64,000 bases of DNA from Bugula neritina (Eukaryota; Animalia; Bryozoa), in NCBI GenBank assembly GCA_964035545.1, contig OZ037772.1:2356001-2420000 (forward strand), given 5' to 3'. The notes beneath the pieces are model-generated. The model did not search any database. It was not told the DNA's origin and worked only from the letters and a program-made list of their open reading frames with translations. Below are positions 10,760 to 22,500 of this stretch, in pieces. Made by a program: the position numbers and the translations under genes. How positions within the stretch are numbered: the stretch's first letter is position 1; each line of letters starts with the position of its first letter.

Positions 10760-13700
10760 AACCTCCAGGGAAGAAGAAACGCAGGTCACCCAGACGGGTA
10801 CCGCGTACTGGCAACCAACAGTGGCAACAGCCACGACGGACCAGCAAGGGGCTTCGCCCCGCGGCTGCCTTTTCTATGCCCCTTCACAACAGATTCACAG
10901 GGCTACAAGTCCAAGAATCTGGATGGGAGCACACAAAGGTAGCTGAGAATCTAGCCTCGGCACCCCCGAGGCCTACCTACCACCGCCCCAAGAGACCTCC
11001 TTCGCGACCCAAAGCGAGGGAGGTACTCCCTGCGAGAGTAAGGCCTGAAGGGAGAGTTCAGGTGCAGCCCCATGGGAACAGCTATTTCTTGCCCGGTAAA
11101 CTGGAAGGCAAAGCTGTTACTTTTCTCATTGATTCGGGCTGTACCACAAACCTCTTAAGCCGCTAACTCTTCGACACCCTCAGCGCTAGGGTCAGGGGCG
11201 AGATGGAAGCATACGAAGGGGAATACGGCACCCTAGCTGACGGGTCGTGCCTTCCCTTCTATGGTATAATTGAGCTGACGGGACGAGTCCGTGATCAAAC
11301 GATCCAAGAGACGTTCATCGTCAGTCAGCTCAAGGAGGATGCTATCCTCGGGATGCCGTTCCTTAAACAGCACGGATGTCACATAGATTTTAGCAGATCT
11401 GCAATGATGATGTCCGGGCGGGAACTCGCCTGCGTCGACAAGTTCGGCCGCCCTTTAGTGGGAGGTGTGCAAGTAGTACGCAACCGTACCATACCAGGCC
11501 GCTCCCGGGCTACCATTCACTGCAGGGTGAATAGTAGCCGGATCTCTGGACTCGGGGTGGTTGAAGGCGCGCACGAAAAAATCCAACTTGCCAGCAGTCT
11601 GAATCAGCTGACTGAGCAAGGGGAGATCTTAGTGCGGTGCGTCAACCCCTTTACCGAGCCTATCAAGCTCCCGGCTGGGTCGATGCTGGGCCGTTTTCAC
11701 TCTGTTCAGGAGGGAGACGTAGGCCCGTCGCTGGGTGATGCGACAGAGGCACTCCCTCGACACCCGATTCAGGGACGAGGGGCAGTCCCAACACATCTCC
11801 GGGAGTTATATGAAACAGCCAGTGGCGGCTGCGCGAGTAACAGGGAACGCCAAGCTATGGCTAAGTTACTACGCGACTACGGTGATGTGTTCAGCAGCGG
11901 AGAGCATGACGTGGGACTGACTGGAATTGTCAGACACGAAATACCGCTGACTGCAGGGACAGTCCCTGTCCGGCAGCCCACACGCAGGTTGGGGTCGGAG
12001 AAAGAGAAGGAGGTTAGCCGACAAGTACGGGATCTTCTGGACCGGGGACTGATAGAGCCCGCCCATAGTGCGTGGAGCTCGCCAGTCGTACTGGTCCGGA
12101 AGAAAGACGGCAGTTGGCGGTTCTGTGTGGACTACCGCAAACTCAATAGCGTAACCATACAGGACGCCTACCCTCTACCTCGTATTGACGAGTCATTGGA
12201 CGCCCTAGCCGGCAGCAAGTACTTCAGTACGTTAGACTTGCTAAGCGGCTATTGGCAAGTTCCTCTGAGTCCCGACGCCCAGGAGAAAGCGGCGTTTATC
12301 ACACGGGACGGTTTGTGGAAGTGGAAGGTACTGCCCTTCGGGTTAACCTCCGCCCCAGCCACCTTCCAGAGGCTGATGGAACAAGTCCTTAGCGGACTCC
12401 ATTGGAAGACACTGCTAGTCTACCTCGATGATGTCATCGTAATCTCTCCAGACTTCGAGACACATGTCAGTCGTCTGCAGGAGGTTTTCGAGAGACTCCG
12501 AGGCGCCGGTCTTAAGCTCAAACCTTCCAAGTGCGCTCTATTGCAGCCGGAGGTCAAGTACCTGGGGCACGTTGTCGGTCGAAACGGCGTGGCAACGGAT
12601 CCCGAAAAGGTACGGGCAGTAGAAGACTGGGTCACCCCCCAAGACTTGACCGGACTCCGGGCTTTCTTGGGGCTGGTAGGGTATTACAGGCAATACATAC
12701 CAGACTTTGCGGGCATAGCCCAGCCGTTGAACCGGCTCACCGCAAAGGGAGTGACGTGGCAGTGGACTCCAGTCGAACAAGAAGCGTTCGACCGCCTCAA
12801 GGGCTGCCTACTAACGGCGCCCATCTTGGCCTACCCAGACCCCACTCTGGAGTACATCCTTGACACGGATGCCAGTGACCAGAATGTTGGCGCTGTGCTG
12901 TCACAAGTGCAGGAAGGCCGAGAGGTAGTAGTAGCCTACTACAGCAAGTCTCTCTCACCCGCTGAACGAAATTACTGCACTACCCGCAAGGAGCTGCTGG
13001 CAGTAATCAAGTCAGTGAAGCACTTCAGACCATACCTATATGGCAGGAAGTTCCGGCTGCGTACGGATCATGCCTCGCTGATCTGGTTGTGCAGGAGAGC
13101 AGAGCCCTCTAGTCAGGTCGCCCGGTGGCTCGAAATCCTAGCTGAATTCTCGTACCGGATCGAACACCGACCGGGCAAGAGACACAGCAATGCGGATGGG
13201 TTGAGTCGCCGACCTGACGGAGGTTGCAAACAGTGTCTCAACATCGAGAGGAGGGATGGAGGTCCCCCACGATGCGAGTTGGAGACGCTGGCTCATCACG
13301 GAGCACCGTTTGACTGGGATCAAGGTCAACTCAGGCAAAGAGTTGATGAGTCCCCGGAGGATGTACAAAACCTCCGCGCCAACCCTGTACTGGCCGGTAA
13401 TGTTCGAGAGCTGAAGAAGCTCCAAGAAGAGCTGCCTGGAGTCGTGGCAGACATATACCGGGCCAAAAGGGAAGGGCGACGACCCAGCGAGGAACGCATA
13501 CGACAGGGATGCGCCGAGTTCCGGCTATACTGTCAGCGTTGGGACTCGCTGCGGATCGGGCAGGATGGGTTGCTAACCGTCTCTCTAGCTGCCAGCGGCA
13601 GACACCCGGAAAGGAAGAGGGTAGTTTGCCCCACAGCCATCCGCCGTGAGTTGATTTGGGATACTCACAAGCAGGCCCACGCAGGGGTCAAGCGAGTGAT

Positions 13701-15279
13701 GTCCAAATTACGACTTCGGTGGTATTGGCCACAAATGGAGCGTGATGTCCGGCTCAGAGTCAAACAGTGTGAGATCTGCCAGGCCAGTAAGCATAGCCGC
13801 CCCCCTGGTGAAGCAGGACGGCGGAGGCTATACGCTGGTAGGCCCTGGCAAGTAGTCGCTGTAGACCTGGTCGGACCCATGCCCCTGACCCCCAGAGGCA
13901 ATAATTGGATCCTAGTACTAACCGACCACTTTACTAGGTGGGCAGATGCTCTGGCTATCCCAGATGCATCAGCCCCAACAGTGGCCAGGGCACTAGACCA
14001 ACATGTATTCTGTTATTTTGGGCTTCCCGAACAGATACACTCTGATCAAGGCGCTCAATTCCAGTCTCAACTGATGAGCGACCTTTGCCGCCTCTGGGGA
14101 GTAAATCAGAGCAGGACCACCCCCTACCACCCTCAAGGTAATGGGGTGGTGGAGCGCAACAACCGGATGCTGGGTGATGCGCTCCGGAGTCTCCTCCTTG
14201 GACGAGGTCAAGAGGAATGGGATACGGTGTTGCCGCAAGTCATGCGTGCATACCGTAGCACCCCACACACCAGTACTGGTGAGACCCCAAACCTCTTGAT
14301 GCTCGGGAGAGAGACTCGTGTCCCCGACCATCTCACCTATCACGTTCCAGAGCAAGATAACTCAGTCCATGAGTATGCCAGTGAACTAGTGGAACGGATG
14401 AAGGCCGCACACGATATACTGCGCCAACAGCAGTGGAAGGTGCGGCACGAAGATTCCGATGAACCACCTCTCTATCAAAGGGGAGATAAGGTGTGGATGG
14501 TCAATTACCGTAGGCGCCGCGGACAGGCTGATAAGCTGAAGCCTAAGTTCGTAGGCCCCTACGTGGTCGTCGAGGCTATGCCCAATCATACGTACAAGAT
14601 TGAGCGCTCAGGACAGGTGTCTATCCAGAATGAGTCTCGCTTGAAACCGTATTGGGCTAGCCCCGGCGGAGTGGGAGAAGCCCCCCCCGTTGTTAGAGCC
14701 CAGGAGGCAGACAACAACGCGCGGGCGACGGCGGCATGGACCTGAATACGAAGTGGTCATACCGCGGGAAGAAAACTTGGTGAGAGAGGAGCGGCAGCTT
14801 TTGTCAACAGAAGCGTGTCCGCCACCGCCAAGTCTAATTCCATCACTTCCAGAAACCGAGCCGGTTCCGGAAGTGCAAACCCCCACGGAGGGAGGGGCTC
14901 CATCCGGAGAACAAGAAGAGGTGACCGCTGACGGTGAAGTAGAGACGCCATTAGAGGCCCCTACTAACGAACCGGCAAGCGTGTCACCCCCCCTAGAAAG
15001 GGGACAGCGTACGAGGCAACCCCCGCATACTTGAAGGACTTCGTATGTGACTGCGTTAAAAGCGGCACACATGAAAGTCTAGGGGAAAACCGTACGAGAA
15101 AAGAATCGAGCAAATGTGGGAGTTGTCAACACCACGGAAATATCAACTTTTGTATCGGCGGAAATAGAAACAAAATTCATCCGCCGGGTGCACAAAGTCT
15201 TAATCACGCACCCCAACCACGTTGCACGATCTTTTCATACGCTGATGCAGTCAGGAGTAGACGTGTTTCTAAGCAGTAG
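10708..15279 (+). pseudogene. pol: Element 2 pol (PR-RT-RH-IN), in the -1 frame to gag; stop at 11164 and frameshifts near 14690 and 15030
   Basis: LIDSG protease, LPFGL/YLDD RT, RNase H, integrase HHCC/DDE/GPY. 1180-aa open stretch at 11203-14745. Confidence 0.95.
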
Positions 15280-15593
15280 TTCAAACCATTTCACATATTC
15301 AGTATGTCTTACGACAACAGATCGTGGGGTGAGTTAACTATATCTTAATACGAAACTAGATTGCATCGCTCAGCTCTGACTCACTGAGTCAATCGAGCTG
15401 GAGATAGGTTAGTGAAATACCGTAGTAAGAACTCAGTTTGACTTAGAGATTTTTATAATCTCATTGCAATACGTGTTCTATCTGACTATTCACTACCATT
15501 AATCTCTACGAGGTAACTGAATTAGGAGTTGCCAAGCTGTTCAAGCTGACAACACAGCAGTGTACTGTATTAACACTGTTGAAACTTTTTCAG

Positions 15594-16381
15594 ATTACAC
15601 TCGACCCGCTACAACCAGGGTACGGGATAGAACACTTCCCGCTCCGTATCCGGAGGAGTATGCTAGTGGTGACCGGCCTGAGCCACTACGCCGCCGTTGG
15701 CGGTGGGTGTCTCCACAAACAGAGGAAGAAAAAGAAACGGCCTGGGGGTCCAGAGGACGGACGAGATGCCAGATCTGTGGTGAAGATTGCGCCTCTCACC
15801 GTTCCCTTAAACTACACGTCAATGCTCATCTCCTACTGACATTCTGCCCCTGCGGGTACAATGATGTGTATCCCTACCCCGTCACCAGACACAGAGCGGT
15901 GGGCTGTTTCCCTGGAGAAAACTATGTGGTCGACGCTAAGCTGTACCCGGAGTTCCTCGCACTTATACGACCTCTGGTGAAGAAGGCCATGCTATTAGCC
16001 GTTCTGTCCTCGGGGTTCCAACGCGTGTTAGACAACGCCCGCCAGCAATCCCCGTTGGTGTCTGACCGTCCTCAAATTACATACACCCCCGAGGAAACTA
16101 CATATCCAGAAGAAGGAGAGATCTCCCCCACACCAGCGAAGAGACGAACCAGGTCCCCCAGTCCACCCTTGCGCCGCAGACGGACACCGTCCCCAGACCC
16201 AGTACGCCTGGCTACAGTAGAAGAACGCCTCCTACGATTACAAGAAGAGTTCACCCAGCTGGCACCAGATCTACTTAACACTACAACAGGACTCTTCCAG
16301 CTAAAGGGATCCGTATGCCGTATGAAACGGAAACTGCGTACATGCCAAGCCAAGCACCGGCGTGCCCAACAAGGACTCTAG
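15594..16381 (+). CDS. Element 2 third gene, exon 2 (zinc-finger/coiled-coil protein; predicted exon 1 = 9806-9848; 276 aa)
   Basis: CQIC-x12-HVNAH and CPC-x12-H-x4-C motifs, RS/basic tract, heptad C-terminus. No usable ATG. Acceptor tttttcag at 15593 is in phase with the gag donor AAG|GTGAGC. Confidence 0.8.
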
Positions 16382-16668
16382 TTAGGCTACCCAGAATACT
16401 CCGCAACTCCACATTTTGTGAGGAACCAAAATCGTGCAAATGCTTAACTGCTAGACAGGTTACTCCTTGTCTAATACCACAGCTAGCTAGTATTCCTCGT
16501 CTATCTACAGCTGGCCAATTGTATGCAACGGATCGTTATAATGACTCTGCCTATTATTATGTCTCTTCTTGTATATTATGTATCATTTTGTCCACTGATG
16601 TATGCAATTACTATTGAACGTTTTTTTATATATATATCAGAAAGATGGCTTTCTGCTGGTGGGGGCGG

Positions 16669-16975
16669 TGTGGTGGTTCGTGGAACTACCAGCAGCACAG
16701 CGTGTAGGGTCGCGTACTTGACCCGGAACAATGGATAGCCAATTAGCGTAGTTGATAGTTAGCAGCAATTGTAGTTTCCCGCTGCTAACTCAGTCGAAGC
16801 TAGAGTGTGAAATAGATTAGATGTGTAACTTGTTTGGAAATAATGTATCGTGTTTTTATAATGTATAGTTGTGTATAAAATATACTCGTTCACTCGACTT
16901 ATCCTGGTGCAGTTCTATAGTAGATAAATAGACTCTCTGGATAGCACATCAACCCTAAATCTGAAAATCTTAACA
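16669..16975 (+). repeat. 3' LTR of element 2
   Basis: Direct repeat of 9470-9774. Confidence 0.95.
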
Positions 16976-16990
16976 ATATTCGGCATGTAT

Positions 16991-17023
<33 letters not shown>

Positions 17024-17714
17024 TATAATAATATATTATATATTTTTATATTATATATTGTTATATTATATATATATATATTATATAAGTATATTAATAT
17101 TATATATAATATATATATTATAATAATATATTATATAATATAATAATATAATATATTATTATATTATATATTATATTATATATATATTATATATATATAA
17201 TATCATATAATATATATTATTATATTATATTATTTATATTATATATATTATAATAATATATTATATATTAATATATATTATATTATATTATATATAATAT
17301 ATTATACAAGTATAATAATATTATATATAATATATATATATTATAATAATATATATATTATAATAATATATTATATATTATTATATTATATATTATATTA
17401 TATATATTATATATATAATATCATATATAATATATTATTATATTATAATATTATATTATATATTATATTATATATATTATATATATATAATAATATCATA
17501 TATAATATATAAAATATATTAATAAATTATATATTATATATATAATAATATCATATATAATATATTATTATATTATATATTAAATTATATACATTATATA
17601 TATATAATGATATTATATATAATATATATATATACATATAATAATATTATATATTATATATATATAATAATATTATATATTCATATATATATATATATAT
17701 ATAATAATATATAT

Positions 17715-17752
<38 letters not shown>

Positions 17753-18552
17753 GCCAAATATTTACTACAAAATTCAAAAATAGCATAAATTAAGTAGTAT
17801 TACCGTGCCTATTTGCATCCAATTAACTAGTCTTACATTTATAGCAACTGTAGCGTATTTTGTGTATAATGGTTATTGCAAGCATTATTCAATTCATATT
17901 CACATTGTGATCACAGCGAAGCTTTAACTTTATAGCTTTGTATTTATTTGCATGATTGAGTTTTAATTTTTCTTTTAATTTTATGTGCATTAAAAATGTG
18001 TTTGAAAACTTTACCAATAAACAAAATTAAAAAAATGTACACATAAAATAGAAAAAAATAAAATAACAAAAGTGGCAAAATTTTTCCTTTATAACTTATA
18101 TAAACTCGCGGTACCAATCTCGGCATAATGGCGCCCATATGATTCCGTAAGATTTGCTAATGGCAACACTCTTAATATACCACACTGGCCTCGCTTCTCA
18201 AAAACGGATTTTAAAGTCATGGAAACCATACAATTGGATATTGCTTAAGTACAATGAGAGGCGTAAGCGCACCGTCTAGATAATCTTGTCGCATTGTAAA
18301 ATAAATTATGCTATATGCTTGCTGTACCCACTAGGATTAGTGATGACTTTGCTTTATACTTGTGACTTATAAGTTGTAGTTTTTAACTCAATTTGACGAA
18401 ACTTATTATCCTTATTTTGCTTGAAAAGGATGCTACGCTTTAAAGATTTAATTCTCTTGCATAAGCAAGTTGTAAGTAATAGTAATAGTAATACTAATAC
18501 TCTAATTGAGTAAGTTGTAGTGTTAATATAATTTTTTATTCATTATCAATAT
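16976..18552 (+). repeat. Direct duplication of 7902-9469 (AT spacer, right arm of the hAT foldback element and flank)
   Basis: Starts atattcggcatgtatta as at 7902. Colinear through the TIR end (18187) to ttcatt..aatat, with scattered substitutions. Confidence 0.9.
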
Positions 18553-19059
18553 GAATAAGAATCAATCAGTCATAATTATTGAATAAGTATAACATGATAT
18601 TGATATTCATATTGATTATGATCAAGATTATCATCATGATTATGATTATCACTGATAAGCGATAAATGATAATAATAATCATTATGATTATCATTATGGG
18701 TTTATCACTTTTCATTTTTTTAAGTGATTATCATTATCGTTATGAATATGATTTATGAATTTCATTAATCATAATGAAAGGTGATGAACCTAAATAAAAT
18801 GATATAAATAAATTTAAAAATTATTATAAAATAAAAATATAAATATTTATAATGCATATTTCATTTTGATTTTGTAGTAATTATATTTATTATTTTTTAA
18901 TTTATGTTAACTCACCTTCAATTAGTTATACTCAAGTTATAGTTTTTTATATTCCTAGTGATAGTCTCAGCCCTCACGGCTTACAGTTACTGATTGGGAT
19001 AGACTTTCTACAGCTACTATGTCTACTGGTACTTGGGGACTCCTAGTCATATTGATAGT

Positions 19060-19575
19060 CCTCTTACCTCTTACACGCATTAGAGCATGTAGCAAGAGGC
19101 ACACCTCTACAGTTGCTGATTACAGGCTAGCAAGTATTTTCAGTATGTTGCACATATACAACTCTGGTGTATTGACTAATTATTTAGCATAGACTTAAGC
19201 TTTCGGGCTGTTTTTGGAAAGAAGCTGCTGTAGTAGGCTGCTGATTTTGCAAAAATGGTTGGGGGATCGTCCCTGCTTGATGCCTTAGTAAACCTAGTAT
19301 TTTAGGTTTTACTGTTCATCAGTTCATAGAAGTTGGTTAGATATGCCTGATTTCCCTCATTAGATAGAAGTCGCAACAGTAACTTGTGCCTCAGCTTGAA
19401 GCGTCTGTCGGGGAGAGATTCTAGGTTTAGTTTGTCACGTGCCACAGTGATACTGTCTCTGCCTTTCAATTTAGCAATGAATCTGATTGCATTATTTTGC
19501 ACCTGTTCTATATCTTTGATGAGGTATTGCAAACGGGGATCTCAAATTGCTGCTGCACTTTCTAGTTGTGGCCTA
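19060..19575 (-). mobile_element. 5'-truncated CR1/L2-type LINE fragment (C-terminus of ORF2 and 3' UTR)
   Basis: Minus-strand translation AAAI*DPRLQYLIKDIEQVQNNAIRFI...LNLESLPDRR...SFFPKTAR matches the typical CR1/L2 RT tail. Confidence 0.7.
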
Positions 19576-22500
19576 CTCATACTCATGTCGATAATTCATT
19601 TAGTTTACCTTACTGTTTTAGTTTCAATAAATACAATTATATTAATCATATTTATAATAATATCAACTATAATAATTATTTAGTTCTATACCATGATTTG
19701 ATAATTATTATTGTAGTCTAAAAATTAAAAATATGCCTAATAATATTAATTTCATAGTTATGATAATAAAAGTGTGAAATTAAATCATTTTTAATGTTCA
19801 TTCAATGATTTAAGTTTTTATCATTAAAAATAAATGGTTAATTATCGTAATTGATAAGTTAAAGTTGAGATAATCATAATGGTAGACATAATGATAATCG
19901 TGAATAGTATAATTATCACCTAAAGTAAAAGGTAAACCGTTATCATGTTCATAATGACTACATAAAGTTGAATGTTGTTATGATAGTCAGTTATACTTGT
20001 ATAATTAAATAAAAATAATATTATTTAATTTTACATTTCAAGCTGCAATTACAAAGTTTGACCTTTGATGGTGAAAAGCAATCATCACCATCATCATGCT
20101 GATCACTTGCAATCTATTCATATTACTAATTAATCATTAAGCATAATTGTCAGTCATCAGACTGAGTCATTTATGGTTGACCTTGTGATTAACATTGGCA
20201 TTTCGATTTTAGCAGAATCTTTCAAATGACAATGATTATTATCATGTGATAGTCACAAAGTTGAAATGTAGTATCGTTTGTCTGAAAATTTCGTGATTTT
20301 CCATTAGAATCAGAGATGAGATGTCTGTTCGTGAAAAGTCACAGTCTTTCATTATTGAACTGTGTGGTTTATAGGCGTGTTATCACTGAACCCCCACGCA
20401 TAACTAACGCAATACTGAGCCATTAGTTTATATTATTAGTATTGAGATATCTGTCTATAACTATACTGGGTCAGTAGTTTGTATGTTTAGTATTGAGATA
20501 TCTATTAGTTCCATGCCGGCTGATTGTGTTTTAAGGAAAGTCTCACAATAAACGAACATGTCGGAAGTGAACTCTGGTGATGCGCCAACTGGCGAGGTCA
20601 AGGTGAAATCTGAGAAAGAGTTATAGAAAGAAGCTGCTAAACTAGCCAAGTTTCAAGCTAAGCAGGCTAAACAGAAGGCAGAGTCTGCCACGACTACTGA
20701 GGTGTCTGTTTAGTTAGTTACAGGTTCTATATATACTAAGGTAGGTGCAGTAATGGAGAAATTGAGAAAGCCTGTGTTCTAGATTAGAAATGTAGCATAA
20801 GAAGTTGTGTTTTTGTAAGAATTTCAACCCAAACCCCAAACCAAAATTTGATAATAAGATTAAAGAACCTAGGCTATCTCGATTTCTACACTACTGCTCC
20901 TAAATGTATATATTTGTGTTACTTTCTATTCAGATTTATGGTTGTACTTCTACATGAAAGTGTTACTTGAATTACATATTCGTATTGCGACTGTATGGCT
21001 GTACTTTTACCTGGAAGTTGTCTGTATCTGCAGCTAACAATTTCCATTTTATTTTCTTCAAATTTGATTTTTTTTTTCTAGAAAAAAGTGAAAGAGAAAA
21101 AGGAGAAGGCTGTAGTAACGTATGTCGATGACACACCAGTTGGCCATAAGAAGGTTCAGTTCAATTATTCTCTACATTTTATACTCAATTGAGCTCTTCA
21201 TTCCTTTACTTACAAGTTTCAGTTGAAGCGCTGATTTATCAGTGTACACTGCTCGGTAGTGAACACACAGTTATGTGTGTAAGCAGTCTTACTTAAAATT
21301 GTTGAAATCATATTAATAAGGAAGCTCACTCTGTAATACTCAAATATAACTCGCTTAATCACTATTTGATGCCCTTTGAAAACGTAATAAATTAAGTTGA
21401 CAGCATAAAAGTGATAATTGAAAAAGACAGCCGATGTAATTATAAACATGAATACCCCATATCTAAAGGAGTTATCATTCCCTTTGATTGTTACTCTAAA
21501 ATTATTTGATTAAGCATGTACAAAGCAAAAATTTTGATAATTGGCTTTTAAAATGAAATGCGACTCGGCAAAATTGAATTTCTGACTGAAAATCAAGAAG
21601 GTATAAACACTGCTTTAGACTGAAGTAATAAGACATCGTATTCCAATATCCTACATTTAGGGCTGCCCTACTCATACATTGGATAGCCTCAGATTCAAAT
21701 ACTCCTAACAATCTGTTGTGTGTAAGTTATATAAGTTGTAGTAGTAGTGTCAGGCCACAGTCTTATTTATTCGTCCTGGTTGGTGGTTAGACTATGGGCC
21801 ATGAATAGATTATTGTATTTATACATGTGTTTATCATATTTGAACTGTATGGACCAGTAGAAGACAAGTCTCAACTTAGTATATCTAGATATCAGTGTAT
21901 AGTCACCATCCTTGTGAGAGACTCCTGGTGGAAAGCATTTTTGTTAAAACAGGCTGAGGACTTATTTAGATGTGGCGCAGGAGCAATTATGACTGGATGC
22001 TCTTCTTAACATCACCAGTGGCCTTTGTCAAACAATGGCTTCATGTTCACTAGACAAACGCTCTAACCCCTAGACCACAGCTGCTCCCCTATACTTCATA
22101 GTTTTCTGTTATTCTAGACACGACGTGTCCCATGCCTGACTCTTACTCCCCGTCCTATGTGGAAGCTGCCTGGTACTCTTGGTGGGAGAAGGAAGGATTC
22201 TTCAAACCTGAGTATAATCTCAAAGGTACACTTCTCATCATAGTAAAGTCTATAATGTGTGATTGGTTACTTCTAACACGTAGAGGTGTGATTTGTTACT
22301 CTGTTGTAACAGGTACTGTGATTGGTTGCTTTTTACTTTGTAACCAAGAGAGATGTGATTGGTTGCTTTGTAACAGGTAGAGATGTGCTGAAACTCACAC
22401 CTGAAGAGAAGTTTATCATCATGATCCCTCCCCCTAATGTGACCGGGACTCTTCACCTAGGACACGCCCTCACGGGGGCAGTTGAGGATGCGATAGTTCG

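Larger units (their letters stand above)
9470..16975 (+). mobile_element. Ty3/Gypsy LTR retrotransposon, element 2 (full length, defective, probably chimeric)
   Basis: LTRs 9470-9774 and 16669-16975 (TG...CA, ~10 substitutions plus a 2-bp indel). PBS TGGTGGCAGCAGTGGGAT at 9776-9793, PPT at 16653-16668. ATAT on both sides. Confidence 0.97.

Noticed and set aside
2352-15072. Many antisense/overlapping ORFs within the Gypsy elements
   Set aside because: Shadow ORFs of GC-rich pol; their similarity between elements just reflects pol identity.
15560-16381. Third ORF as env
   Set aside because: No signal peptide, no fusion-protein layout and no TM anchor; it has zinc fingers and a basic tract instead.
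9466-16979. ATAT as a simple 4-bp TSD of element 2
   Set aside because: The flanks are not contiguous in the empty-site sequence; they belong to two sites 1.57 kb apart.
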